From the NCBI RefSeq assembly GCF_018350175.1, contig NC_058377.1:107384001-107448000 (forward strand): a stretch of DNA of 64,000 bases, in the 5' to 3' direction. The notes under the pieces are model-generated. The model did not search any database. It was given only the letters and a program-made list of their open reading frames with translations, and had not been told where the DNA came from. Shown one piece after another: positions 46,298 to 60,000 of the stretch. The stretch is from Felis catus (Eukaryota). Position numbers and translations under genes: made by a program. How positions within the stretch are numbered: the stretch's first letter is position 1; every line of letters starts with the position of its first letter.

Positions 46298-46987
46298 CCC
46301 ATCTTTCATCAACTCTAAGATGTCATCAATTGTAAAAGATGCCACCGAGGGAAAAAAGAATGCTGCCAGTTTACTACGTCCCGAGTCTCTTTCATCACGA
46401 GAGCCTTTATTTTATGCTTCCCGAAGGAGCTCTTTTTGACTTAGACATAGGCTCTCATCATAAGTCTGAGGCACACACGTAAAAGGGAACATAGAAGCAA
46501 AATAAATTGTTTATGGGGTTCGGAAAACTCCTTCACATTTAGAGTCCGATCGATAGAGGCGTGATGCCTGTATGTTTCGCTGCCACCTCCTCCAGGGAGC
46601 CATCGAGAGTGCTGGCGAGAGAGCGGCAGCCCCCTCCACGATCCGTGCGACCACCAGAAAACCAACAGCCGTAGGAGGCGGCTCTTAGCCCAGCTCTGCA
46701 AAGACTTCTGCTTTGGGAGTGTTAGTGACAAGCCTCATTCTCCTCCCTGGGGGCTCCCACCGTTTGAATCCTGGGGTTCCAGGAGTGCTCAGCTCTTGCC
46801 TCCGGGGATTTCTTCCAAGCTGCTGACTCCCTTTCTGCAGGGTGTGATGCTTCTGAAGTGTGGGCACATGCAGGCAGTGACAGCTACGTGAGGACTGCAG
46901 CCAGCCAGAAAGCCACTCTACGAGGTAACCTGACTTCCGAGACTTAAACGTGAGCAATCAAGTGTCTTGGAATCAATGGCACATGAA
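46298..46987 (-). mobile_element. TcMar-Tc2/pogo-like (Kanga-type) DNA transposon fossil
   Basis: Degenerate inverted ends (tttcatcaactctaagatg ... tgtcttggaatcaatggcac). The minus-strand remnant AERESAAWKKSPEARAEHS resembles the pogo/Tc2 transposase C-terminus. Confidence 0.5.
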
Positions 46988-48023
46988 TAATTCCTGAACT
47001 TTGCGCTGGCCGGGCTTCTAGCTGCTGCAGAGCCCTTGCACATTCTGTCTCTGCTCTCTCCCCGCCTCCCCACTTTGTCTACTTAACCCAGCCCCCCCCT
47101 CTCCCCACCTCAGCTTCCTCCAGGAGCCCCCTCTGGGATGCCTTGCCTGGCCCTCCCAGGAAATCTGTCTCTTCGCTGTCTACGCACATAGGATGGCTGC
47201 AATGCTACATTTTGAGCACGTGTGTGATTGGGGGGGGGGGGGCGGCCGCCTCCCCAGTGTACTGGGAGGCCCACGGGTGCGGGAACTATGTGGCTTTTGC
47301 ACCATGGCATCACGGGGCACTGTCCGGCTCCGAGCGGGTGAATGACAGAATGAATCTGGAGGCTCCGTAGTGAGCAGTGAGGGAGCTGGGGTGTCCTCCC
47401 GGACAAATGTCTGTCTGAGACATTTGCTGCTGGCCTCGGCTGTACGCGTCTGCCCCCAGTCCCCCAGAGGCCGGAGTCCAAGCCATTTCTTTTACAGCCG
47501 GGAAACTGAGGCCCGTCGGGTCGCAGAGCCACGGCCCAGGGTCCTGGCTCAGTGCAGGGTGCACAGAGAATGGGGGAGGGTGGGGTCAGAGGAGGGGTTC
47601 TCGCTTCTGGCTGGGGTGCAGAGGAGACTTACTGGGGCGGTAGCATCTGCCACCGGCTTCCCAGAGGCCCTGGGAGATGCAAGGCGGAGGTCCCCTTCTC
47701 TGGTTTCGAGTTTCCAGAGAGGCGGAGGGCTCTCCGGCCATTGTTCCTTGGGCCCGGAGAGCTGGGGGCCTTACCCCTGCGCGGCCCTGACCCCACCTTC
47801 CCCTGCTACCCCCTGGGCCGGCCCTGCGGAGATGCTGGGAGGATGTGGGGTGGTGAGGTGGGGGCCGAGGCAGGACTGTGGGGGCGCACAGGCCCGCGTG
47901 CACCCGGAAGGAGGAAGCTGCACAGGGTGTCTGTGGCCGGGCCGGGATCCCCGACCGGGGGACTTCCTCTTCCTCTTGGGGCAGGTGTAGCTGCCGCAGC
48001 GGGACCAACACCCTGACCCTGTC

Positions 48024-51000
48024 ATGGATGGGGGCAAGGGGCCCAGACTCAGAGACTTCCTGAGTGGGAGCCTGGCCACCTGGGTGAGGGGGCAGGTGGG
48101 AGGGGTGTGGGGAGGGGAAGTGAGAGCGGGGGAGGGGCCAGTGCCGGGTTTGGGGGAGGGTCCGGTAGAGTCGGAGCCCCGAGGGCAGGGGTGGGCTCAA
48201 ATGTGGGGCTGGAGAAGTCCAGGTAGGCTTCGGGCAGGAAAAGGGGTCCGGACCCTGGGGCCGGAGGCCTTCAGGGCAAAGGAGAGGAGGAGGCTGCACG
48301 GGCTCAGGGGGCAGGTCAGACGGGCTGGGGAGTCACTCTGCTGGTAGGGGAGCTCCTAACCGGGCCGGCCGACCCGTCTCCACTCCCCCACAGGCGCTGG
48401 GACTGGCCGGCCTAGTGGGAGAGGCGGAGGAGCCGGAGGAGGAAGAGGAGGAGGAAGGAGAGGGGCCCCTTGGCCCGGAGAAGAGGTTCCTGCATCTCAT
48501 CGACGGGGCCCTGCTGCTCCGCGTGCTGGCCATCGTGTAAGAAGCGGCCCGCCAGCCCGGGGGTCTGAGGTGGCCCCTCCCTCCACAGGCTGCTGGGAGG
48601 AGCTTGAGGGCTGGTGGGTGGAGCTTGCTCGGGGCAGGTGGGTCCCTGCCTGCCCCTCCCACCCGGCTCCCTGTGCCCACAGAGTTCCCAGTTCCCGAGG
48701 AGCACCTCAGACGGTCAGGGGCCCTGATGGTCCCGCAGCCTGGCGAGTGCGGAACCTGAACCACCTGTGGGGCCGCCTGAGGGACTTCTACCAGGTGAGG
48801 GGCAGGGGAGGGGAGGCTGAGCCTCAGACCCGTGGGAAGGCCCGTCTCCCACCTCCTGTCCCCTCTGCCCCCAGGAGGAGCTGCAGCTGCTGGTCCTGTC
48901 GCCACCCCCAGACCTCCAGACGTTGGCTTTTGACCCCTTCTCAGGTGCTCTCTCCCACCACCCCTTCCTGCCTCTACCCCCTCCCTCCACCCCTAACTTT
49001 TTGTGGCTTGTGCCCAGCAGAGGAGGCAGTGGAGGAGTTGGAAGGCATCCTTCGGCTGTTGCTGGGGGCGTCAGTGCAGGTGAGCGGGGGAGGGGAGGGG
49101 AAGGGAGGGTTCAGCTTTGGCCGCAGAGGTGGGAGAGACACCTGGTGCCAGCATTTCCACTCTGTCTGCCTGCAGTGCGAGCACCGGGAACTCTTCATCC
49201 GACACATCCAGGGCCTCAGCCTCGAGGTCCAGAGTGACTTGGCTGCTGCTATCCAGGAGGTACTAGGGCTGGTCCACAGCCTGGGACTGGCCCTGCCACC
49301 GGGGGGCACTCTGCCCCTCCACTTCCTCTGCTGAACTGCTCTCTCTACCTGGTCCAGGTGACCCAGCCTGGGGCAGGCGTGGTGCTGGCACTGGCTGGGC
49401 GAGAGCCTGGGGAGCTGGAGCCTCAGGAGCTGGAGATGCTGTTCCGGAGCCTGATGGGGACCTTGTTAAGGCTGGCGCGGGAGCGCGACGTGGGGGCCCA
49501 GGTAGGGGGCATGGCACCGCCCAGGTGGAGGGCTGGGAGGACCCTGGGGATCCAGGTGTGGGAGGAACTGGGGGTTGGGGCCGGATGTGGGGTTCGCATG
49601 GGGGGTCTTGGACCAGCAGAGCTGCAAGAGCCAGACTGGGGTGCGGGGGGGGGCGGGGAGGGCGCATGGGGTGGGTTATTTCTGGCTCCCGACCCTTGAC
49701 TTTGCACAGCGCCTGGCCGAACTGTTGCTGGAGAGACAGCCGGCCCCCTTGCTGCCGGAGGCTCCTGCTAGGACTCCTCCAGAGGGTCCCTCACACCACC
49801 TGGCCCTGCAGCTGGCCAACACCAAGGCCCAGCTGCGGCGCCTGCGGCAGGAGCTGTGAGTGCCCCAGGCTGGGAGGCGGACCTGGAGGGAGAGGGGCAG
49901 GTTAGGCGCCGATGCAGATGGGTGGGATCAGGCCTGGGGGTTCCGGGTTCCCCCGCCCCTCCAGCGTCCCTTCTCTTCTCTCCAGGGAGGAGAAGGCCGA
50001 GCTGCTGCTAGACTCCCAGGCGGAGGTGCAGGGCTTGGAGGCCGAAATCCGAAGGCTCCGCCAGAAGGTGCGCTCAGATGCTCCCCGCCGCTGCCGCATT
50101 CCCCGGCCCTCTCCCCACACCCCCTCTGCCCCACTGCCTGCCGCCAGCCGGGGTCCTCCCCCTCCCTGATCCCTCTGGCCCGCGGCTGGCCGTCCCCAGC
50201 TCCGCACCGTCTGGCTCAGGCCCAGGCGCTGTCGGGACAGGCCAAGCGGGCCGAGCTGTACCGCGAGGAGGTAGAGGCGCTGCGGGAGCGCGCCGGCCGC
50301 CTGCCCCGCCTGCAGGAGGAGCTGCGACGCTGCCGCGAGCGGCTGCAGGCGGCCGAGGCCTGCAAAAGCCAGCTGGAGGTGAGGCGGGAGGCGGGGCCCG
50401 CAGGGGACGGGGTGGGCCGGGGATGGGGGGGGGGAGCGAATTGGGGGCTGGCCTGGAGAAGGGAGGGCTTGGTCTTGGGGACCGAGCAGTCACCGCCAGG
50501 AGAGATGGGTGAGGTGGTGTCTGGGGCAGAGCCCTCTGGAGGATGGGGCAGAGGGAAGGGAGAGGTGGGGACGGTAGGTAGGGGTAGGTCCTGGAGAGGA
50601 TGAGTGTAGGGGAAGAGCTGTCTGGAGTGAGCCCCTCGCTGTGGATCCTAGAAGGACGCCACCTTGGGAGAAGGGTCTAGGAGAGAAGGGGCGGGGCCTA
50701 CACAGAAGGGGCGGGGCCAGGTGCTTGGGAAGTGGTCCCTGGAAAGACCTTGGAGAGGGAGGGGCAGATGGAGGGGAGAGGTGGGGCCTGGAGTGCTTGG
50801 GGGCAGCCTCACACCACAGGTCGTCTCTGCTCCCCCACCAGGAGGAACGGGTGCTCTCGGGGGCTCTGGAAGCCTCGAAGGCGCTCCTGGAGGAGCAGCT
50901 GGAGGCCGCTCAAGAGCGTTGCGCTCGGCTGCATGAGACCCAGCGTGAGAACCTGTTGCTGCGGACTCGTTTGGGCGAGGCCCGCGCGGTGAGACTGCCC

Positions 51001-54000
51001 CAGGGACCCCCAGTCACTCTTGTCATCTGTGACCCCTGGTAACCCCAATGGCTCCCCAGGGTTCTCCAGTGCTCCCTGTGACCCCCTACTCCTTTTTTCC
51101 CCTGGTGATGTAGCCCACGCACTTGGCCCGGCCATGGTGAGGAGGGCTGGTCTGACCCTGTCCTTCCCCCAGGAGCTGGACTCTGTGCGGCATCAGGTGG
51201 ACCAGCTGGCCGAGGAGAATGTGGAGCTGGAGCTGGAGCTTCAGCGGAGCCTGGAGCCACCCCTGGGCTCTCCTGGGGAGGGTGAGTAGGGCCCCAGAAG
51301 AGGGGCTGGGGACGGCGGGGGTAGGGGGGCTGCCTGTGGTTTCCTGCAACTCTAGTGGGGCTGGCTGCTGACTTCATCCTTTCCCCAAGGTGTTGTGGGG
51401 GGGGGTGTAGGGGTGGATGTGAAGAGCCGGGGATCCCAGCAGAGGGTACAGAGGGGCCCTGACCGCATCGCCCATGTCCCAGCACCCCCGCCCGGAGCAG
51501 CTCCTTCACTTCATGATGAAGTGAGAGAGGCAGAGGCCCGGCGGCTGCGGACCCTGGAGAGGGAGAACCAGGAGCTTCGGGGCTTGCTACAGGTGCTACA
51601 GGGGCAGCCTGGAGGCCAGGTGAGTCCCTTCCCCCAACCGGCCAACAGGTCCTTCCTTGCCTCCTCCTCTGGGCTTGACGGGTCCTCTCATGTGCCCTCA
51701 GCACCCCCTGCTGGAGGAGCAGAGCGAGGACTCCTTGGTTCCAGAGCTGGATGTGGCTCCCCAGACTTGCCTGACCTCAGACCGTGGCCCTCAGGGTTTG
51801 GCTGGCCAGGTGGGGGATGGAGGCACCCAGGCCTTGGACCTGGCTTCCCCCGTGTCAGACTCGGCCCTTGCGAGATTACCTGTGCGTCCCCAGGCATCTG
51901 ACTCGGGCCCACAGGTGATAGAGAGGCCCCTCCCGACGGCTGCCATGAGCCCTCAGACCTCAGACTTGACCCTCCAGGAATCAGGTTCTGCTGTAGCAGC
52001 ACAGGAGTCCCTGGAGAAGGCTGGCCATGGAGCCCTTCTCCAGACTCCCACCTCCGCGGTCCCATCTCCAGATCCAGAGACTGAAATTCAGGCTGAGCTG
52101 TCGGGAGGAGACACTGGAGAGTCAGGGCCCGAAGCCCAGGTGCGGAGACAGGAGGGCCCTGCGAGCAAGCCTGCAGCCTCGGAGCTTAGCCTCTGTGCTC
52201 AAACGGAGGAGCAGGAGACCCCAGGCCAAGGGCTGGACCTACTCAAGGGGCAGACAGAGGGCAGGGAACATGCACAGAAGCTGGAGGGGTTGGTTGGGGA
52301 CCCAGCCCAGCAAAATCCACAGCAGAAGTCGGAAGGGGCTTCGGAGGCCCAGACCTGGGAGGGGCCGACCCCAGGGGAGATCCTGGCTGGTGGTGTCCCG
52401 GAGCAGGAGGCCCTGAGGGAGGAGGTGGCCCAGCTGAAGAGGGAGGCCGAGGCACTGGGAGCGGAGCTAGAGGCCCAGGCGCGGCGGCTGGAGGCCCGAG
52501 GCACGGAGGCCGCCCGGCTCTCCGAGGAGCTGGCTCAGGCGCGGAAGGCAGAGGCCGAGGCCCAGCGGGAAGTGGAGGCCCGGGCCGGGGAGCAGACTCG
52601 GCTGCGGGAGGCAGTGGAGGCAGCCGGCCGGGAGCTGGAGGCTGCGGCGCGTGAACGGGAGGCGCTGGCAGAGGCCCTGGCGACATCGGGCCGAGAGCGG
52701 AGGCAGTGGGAGCGCGAGGGGCCCAGACTGAGGGCCCGGGCCGAGGCCGCCGAGGAGCGGCTGCAAGTGCTGGAGAGCGAGGGCCGTCAGCGCCTGCAGG
52801 AGGCCGAGAGGGAGAGGCAGGCCCTCAAGGAGGTATGTTGGGGCTCGCGGCCTGGGATGGGAAATGGGGGCCTGAGTCACTTGCTGGGGTTTGGGTGATC
52901 AATCCCATCGGTAGCCACCGAGTGCCCCAGCACCTGGCCGGGGCTGGAGACCGAAAGGTAAAAGCCCACCTCTGCCTTCCAAAGGTGTGCTTGACCTGGG
53001 TCACAGGACGGATGTCCCCTCCCTCTGGAGGGGTGGGCTGCAGCAGGGGATGAGAGTATGGGTACAGAGCCCGACCGCCTGGGTGCAAATCCTGGCTCTC
53101 TGACCGTGGCAGCTGACTCCCCTCTGCCCTATTCCTCCTCCGTCAAACGGGGAGGTGGGGGGGCGGCTCTGCATAGTCGTCTCAGTGGGTCTTTTGAAGA
53201 TCAAGGGAGATCATGGTGTGCCGAGCCTAGTTCCTGCTTGACAAAGGCTCAAGACATGGTCATTATTAAGAGCAAAGTGGGCAGGAGTCCGTGGGAGAGG
53301 GTGCCGGGGTGGGGGCAGGGAGGCTTTGGAGAAGGTTCTGAGGAGTGGTCAAGGTTCCACCAGGTGGGAAGGGCATTTCTTTTTTTTTTTTTTTTTTCTC
53401 AATGTTTTTATTTATTTTTGGGACAGAGAGAGACAGAGCATGAACGGGGGGAGGGGCAGAGAGAGAGGGAGACACAGAATCGGAAACAGGCTCCAGGCTC
53501 CGAGCCATCAGCCCAGAGCCCGACGCGGGGCTCGAACTCACGGACCGCGAGATCGTGACCTGGCTGAAGTCGGACGCTTAACCGACTGCGCCACCCAGGC
53601 GCCCCATGGGAAGGGCATTTCATGTAGAGGGAACAGCACGTGCAGAGACCTGAAGGCATTAATGATGCTGAGGGGCCTGGGAGGTGGGGGAGCAGGGCCA
53701 GAGAGGCGTGCTGGGCCAGCCTTGTGGGCGTCAGTACTCTGGCCCCGGGCAGGGAAAGCCACCCCAGCGTGTGGACAAGCCTTTGTGAGGTTGGGTTTGG
53801 GGAGGGTCCCCTTGGTGTGTCCCTTTGGTGTTCCCTCGGGCCCTCAGGAGGTGGTGCCGGTGGTCCTGGTGGCAGGTGAGGCCGGCTGGGGCTGGGACGG
53901 GGCATGGAGGAGAGAGAAAACCTGGAAACGTCTTCACGTGTGTGCTCAAGCGTGTTGACGGGACCTTGCCACTAGATGCTGTACCAGGCAGCCGGTGTGC

Positions 54001-57000
54001 CCATACTGGTTGGGGGGGAGGGGCTTTCATAGTCTAGGGTGGCGATGGGACTGTGCAGAGAGCTGTGGGACTCCAGGAAGCACACTGGACTTAGGCCGCG
54101 GCATGTCCCGGAAGGCTTCCTGGAGGAGGAGAGAGAATGGCAGTGAGCCAGGAGGAGGCGCAGGCGTGACCGTGTAGGGGTGGGGTGTGAGGTGGGAAGT
54201 GGAAGGAACCTAGGCAGAGAATTCACTAAGCCGGGTTCCTGCTGGGCAGGGCCTCTGTCTTCCTTTCAAGCTAAGGAACGAGTTGCGAGTTGCGGCTGTG
54301 CTTGTGAAGGAGATGACCTCCATGACCTTTACAGGAGGCCAGTGACCTTGAAACCTGGTGGAGGGTTGAGGGCGAGCCGAGTAGTCGGGTACTCGTGTTG
54401 AGAGGCCCCTCGGGGGAAGCGGGGGAGGCTAGGAGGCAATTGAGAAGGGTGTTGGGGCCAGCGGGGGGCCCGTGCCACGGGGGAGGGTGGGCTGCGGACC
54501 GGGAATCGAATCTTCCAGCTGAGCACAGTGTCCGGGTTCATCCCTGTTGTACAGAGGTTGCTGGGATTCAGAGAGAAGGAGTGATTTGCTGGGAGACCCC
54601 TCTGAAGGAGAAGAGTGGGGAACACACTGTGGGGCGCGCCCAGGGCTAGGCGTTGCGCAGGGCAGGCCCGGGGGAATGTGAGAACGGGGGCGTGGGTGAG
54701 AAGGCAAGGAAGGCCGAGAAGCTGTCTGCGGGGTCCACTCTGTAGGACGTGACCGAGAGATGCTCTCAGGCCGACCTGGCTTAGAGCCCAGATCCCCCGC
54801 CTCCCAGCTGTGTGGTTAGGGGCGAGTTGCTTGCCCTGACTCTCGGCTTCCTCACCTATAAGACGGAGTAAAAATGGCACGCCTTACAGGATCCTGTTAG
54901 ATAATGAACGTCGAGGGCTGGGGGCAGCTCTGGAGTGAATGTAGGCAGGTGGGCAGTGCAGGGGAGGGGAGGGTTGGCGGGGCTAGAAGGGCCTGAGGAC
55001 ACAGGGGAATGTTGTGAGATTTCCTGGGCAGAGAGGTTCCTGGTGCTAACTGGGTGTGGTGTAGGAGGAGGTGGCTAGCCAGGGAACCAGGGGCCAAAGG
55101 GCTTGTCCAGGCGGGCTGGGTAGAGAGGTCGGGGCACTGAGGGCTGTGGCCGGGGCCTGGAGGGGCCAGAGGTTCAAGCCTCTTTTAATCTGTGTCACTG
55201 TTATTCTTACCCTTAGCCCTTGGGCTGTAATGGTGGTGGTGGGGGGCGGGGGTGAGGCAACAGGCCGCAGGGCCTCATGGGACTTGTAGTTTTCCAGCCA
55301 ACCCCGGGGGTGGGCGGGGGGAGACTGGGTGGGGCTGCAAAGCCTAGAAGATCAGAGCAAAGGCCGTAGACTTGGTTTCCAGAGCAAGGATATGGTAGGC
55401 TGCTGGTCGGAGTTGGTTCTTCCTTGTGGTTTCATCCTGACAGCCCCTCCCCCACCTCCTAGAATGGTTTGGCCCATCGCCCTCCCAGGCCCACAGGCCA
55501 GAGTGGGCCTCCTGCCCCCTTCCACAATGGTGCGGCCCAACCGCCACAGGACGCCTGGCCTGGCCGGGCCTGCAGCCGGGCCTGCAGCGGCTCTCCCCAC
55601 CCCCCACCCCAGCCCCCACTGTGGTTGGGCCTGACGTTGGCCACATCCCTATCCTTGCAGCCATCTCCGTGTGGCTGAGGGCGCTCTTCAGATCTGCCTC
55701 TTTCAAGCCCCTCTTGCCCTCACATGGCCAGCCTGGCCCCATCACGTAGGGCACATCTAGCTGCTCCTGGGCGCATGAGGAGCCAGGGGCTCAGGGAGGT
55801 AAAGACGCTTGACCGCGAGTGTCTCTAACTCCCGGATCAGAGGCCTCCTTCACCCACTGCCAGGCTTACAGTCCCCAGCTCTTCCGTAGTCCCTCTGCAA
55901 GGCAGCCAGGCCTTGCTCCCAATTTACAGATGGGGGGGGCGGGGGTAGAGGCCCAAAGGGTTAAAGATGTTTGCCCGGGGCGGGGCGCCTGGCCGGCTTA
56001 GTCGGTAGAGCAGGGACTCTTGATTGATCTCAGGGCCTTGAGAGCCTAAAAACCAAAACCGACATTTGCGCAGGGTGACAGAGGAAGGGTAGAAAGCTAG
56101 GTCTCCAGACCTAGGAGGCCTAGAATCGAGGCCACCTCTGCACCCCCACCCCCCATCCGGGACGGGGATGGTGGCCTGACCTTGGCTCTGCCGCACCCGC
56201 CCTCAGGAGCTAGAGAAGGCCTGGTTGAGGGGCCAGGAGCTGGGGGCCCGGCTGGAACACCTGCAGAGTGAGCTCGAACAGGCGGGTGTGGAGCGACAGG
56301 CGTTTCTGCGGGAACAGGAGATCCAGCAACAGAGGTGGGGTCATCGCCCAGGGGGCAGAGAGGGGCGGGCAGGGCTCGGGGAAGGGTGGGTGCCAAGGCT
56401 TCTTCCCGGCAGGTACCAGGGCCTGGAGCAGCGGCTGGAGGCCGAGCTGCAGGCGGCGGCCACGAGCAAGGAGGAGGCGCTGAGGGAACTCAAGATGAGG
56501 GCCCTGCAGCTGGAACAGGAGCTGGTCCAGGTGAGGCTCCGCCCCGGGCTCCCGTCCCTGCCGCCCCTCTGGTCTCGCCCCTTGAGTCTTGGCCACTCCC
56601 TTGCCTTGAGGCCCAACTTGGGCCTACTGGGGAGAGCACTGTGCTGGGAGTCAGGCTGACTCTGCCCAGGCCACGTGATCCTCTGGGGGGGCCTCGATTC
56701 CCCCATTCCTCAAATGGACGGCACCCAGCAGCGGCTCTGCTCTGAGTCTCTCTCACTTCCTAGTGAGCTCAGTCCCTGTCGTCGCTCTAGGTCGGCCATT
56801 GTTTCTGAGGCCCCTGCTTGCATAGGCGCTCAGCTCAGGGCTCAGCTCAGGGGTGTGGTGGGGTCCCCACACCGGGCGAGGAAACAGGCCACCCTGACAC
56901 GGGGTGCCGAGGGACAGTGGGCACCCGGCAGGCCACCTGGTGGGTACACAGAGGGTTGGCTGGGGCAAAGTGGCATTGACCCCGGGGCCCAGAGGAAGAG

Positions 57001-60000
57001 CAGGGGTGGGAAGGGTGTTCTGGGCAGGAGAAACGGCCGGGCAGAGGCTGGGCTCTGCTGCAGATCGGAGCGACAAGGAGAGTGACCCATGCACCTGCGG
57101 GAGCCAGGAGCGCGGGACTGCGGGACCTGGTGGCGGCGGGCCAGGGGCCGTGTCAAGTGCTGCCGAGGGGGTGAGGGTCCCCTCCACGCCCCCCCCGCCC
57201 CCCCGCATGACCTCCCAGGGCCTGTCCTTCCAGCTGCGCCAGGGCTCCGTGGGACGGGGGCCGGAGGGGCACGATGAGCTGAGGATCCCGGGGGCGCAGA
57301 GTGGGCGGCTCATCGAGATGGAACGCAGCGTGAGTGTCGACTGCTGTGCGGTGGGCATGCGGAGGGGCGGCCCCCGTGGCCTGGCTCCCGCTGACCCCCC
57401 CCACCCCCTTCCCGGCAGAATGCAACGCTGGTGGCCGAGAAGGTGGCTTTGCAGGGGCAGCTCCAGCACCTGGAGGGGCAGCTGGGCAACCTGCAGGGCC
57501 GGGCCCAGGAGCTCCTCCTGCAGAGTCAGCGGGCCCAGGAGCACAGCAGCCGCCTGCAGGTGGGTGACAGCCCCAGGGGCCTGTCCCCTGCTCTGCCTCG
57601 TGCCCACTTAACCACGGCCGCCTGCCCCCTTCCTATTCTTTCCTGCCCTTTTCCCTGCCTGAGCTCCCCGCCGGCTCCCCCTGCCTGCTCTCTCGTCACA
57701 GCTATCTCTCCCTCCGACCCCAGCCGCCCCAGTCTGCACCCCTCTTCCCCCGTCCTTCTCCTTCCCTTTGACGCTTCTTCCCTGGCTCCTACCCCCTCCC
57801 GCCTGCCTCCGGCCCTCACATCCATGCCATTTGGCTCGGCTGCGTTCCTCTCAACAGCCAGCCATTAGTCCCTACTGCCCTCCCTGCCCCTGCCCCTGCC
57901 CCTGCCCCATGGGTCGCATCCCTGCCTTGTGCCTCTTGCCCCGCCCTCCACGGCTTGACGCCAGCACCCTCCCCTCCCCTTGCCCAGTCACCTCTGCCTC
58001 TGCTCCCTGCTGCCCCCACTCCAGCCCTCTGCCTTGTCCACAGTTCTCGCCGTATCCTCTGCCCTGCCCCTTGCCTTTTGGTCCCCGCCCCCACCCCCGT
58101 CTCTTACCCGCCTTTCTGGCCTGGGACCGCACCCCTGCGGTCCCTGCTGCCTCCTCTGTCCTAGGCTGAAAAGTCTATACTGGAGAGGCAGGGCCAGGAG
58201 CTGCATAGGAAGCTGGGGGTGCTGGAGGAGGAGGTGCGGGCGGCGCGGCAGTCCCACGAGGAGACCCGGGGGCAGCAGCAGGCTTTGCTTCGGGACCACG
58301 AGGCCCTGGCTCAGCTGCAGCGGCGACAGGAGGCCGAGCTAGAGGGACTGCTGGCCCGGCACCGCGACCTCAAGGCTAACATGCGGGCGCTGGAGCTGGC
58401 CCACCGGGAGCTGCAGGGCCGGTGAGCCTCCCCCAGACACCCAGCTTCTCTCCCCAGCACCCCCTGCCCGCCCGGAGCAGACTCCCTCCGCCGGTCTGAC
58501 CCCAGCGGGGAAGCACCGCCCGCCCCCCCAACACCCTCCCCTCTGCTGCCGTGCCCTGCGCGTGGCTGAGCTCCGGGGCGAGCTCTCGCCCTGAGGCTCA
58601 TTCATCGTCGGGAGTGGGGGGCACCTCGCGTGGCATTCTGCCCCAGGGCTTTGTTTAGAGGCCTGTGCTTAGGAGATGGCAGACCCCGGGGGTCCAGATA
58701 GTCCAGCCGCCCACTCGCCCCGGCCCCAGACCCCTGCAGCCCTCTTAGTCCCTGTGCGTCCCAGGCACGAGCAGCTGCAGGCCCAGAGGGCCAACGTGGA
58801 GGCGCAGGAGGTGGCCCTGCTGGCAGAACGAGAACGCCTGATGCAGGACGGGCATCGGCAGCGGGGCCTGGAGGAGGAGCTGCGGAGGCTGCAGAGTGAG
58901 CACGACAGGTACCAGCGCCCGCCCAGCCAGGCCGGTTCTCGGCGCGCCCCTCTGGGAAGCCGGCGGGTGGCAAGTGCGTCACCGTCCGCGTGGGGGCCTG
59001 CGTTGCCTCCTGTCCCCAGCATGGCTTCTCGGGGCCCTTAGGCGGGGCCTGGCAGGGGGTCGAGGGCCCCCTTGGAGAGCATCTCCTCCCGACTCGGCAG
59101 GGCTCAGATGCTGCTGGCGGAGGTGTCCCGGGAGCGAGGCGAGCTGCAGGGTGAACGCGGGGAGCTGCGGAGCCGGCTGGCGCGGCTGGAACTGGAGCGA
59201 GCACAGCTAGAGGTGCAGAGTCAGCGACTGCGGGAGTCCAACCAGCAGCTGGACCTGAGCGCCTGCCGGCTGACCACGCAGTGCGAGGTGTGGGGAGGGA
59301 TGGGCCCGGGGGTGGGGGGGTGGGGGGGCGCGCCGGCTGGGGGAGGGGAGGGGGTGGAAGGTAGCCACCCCGAGCCCCGTTAAATCCCCCACCTGCCCCG
59401 CCGCCCCAGCTGTTGACCCAGCTTCGGAGCGCCCAGGAGGAGGAGAACCGGCAGCTGCTGGCCGAGGTGCAGGCGCTGAGCCGGGAGAACCGGGAGCTCC
59501 TGGAGCGCAGCCTGGAGAGCCGGGACCACCTACACCGAGAGCAGCGGGAGTACCTGTGAGCGGGCCCCGGGGCGGTGGCCGGAGCTGGAGCGGGGGGCCC
59601 CCCGAGACCCCTTTGGCTGCTCGTGGGGGAGGTGGTGGGGAAGGGGCTGGGGGCTGACCGCCTCGGGCTTGGCAACGCAGCAGCTTATGAGCTTGTGAGC
59701 CCTGGAGCGTGTCCGCGTGTGAACAAGCAGCAGGGGGTGTGGCGGTGTGTAACCCGCGAGAGCGCGAGCCCTCCTCCTGCCGGGCCTCCCGCCCACCTCC
59801 TCCCCGCCTCATCCTCCCAGGGACCAGCTCAACGCCTTGCGCCGTGAGAAACAGAAGCTGGTGGAGAAGATCATGGACCAGTACCGGGTGCTGGAGCCTG
59901 GGCCCCTGCCCCGGATCAAGTGAGGGGCCCCTCCCCCCCCCCCACCGGAGCCGGGGATCCTCCTAACCCCTGCCCCTGCCCTGCTCTCTCCGGGCCTTTG

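Noticed and set aside
36900-47900. Hidden protein-coding gene in the PRDX5-CCDC88B spacer
   Set aside because: The region is dominated by SINE, L1, MIR-like and DNA-transposon remnants. I found no consistent exon chain or recognisable protein, though a lncRNA cannot be excluded from sequence alone.
56341-59812. Long antisense ORFs over CCDC88B and ESRRA exons
   Set aside because: Typical shadow ORFs of GC-rich coiled-coil coding sequence (CTG/CAG/GAG codons).
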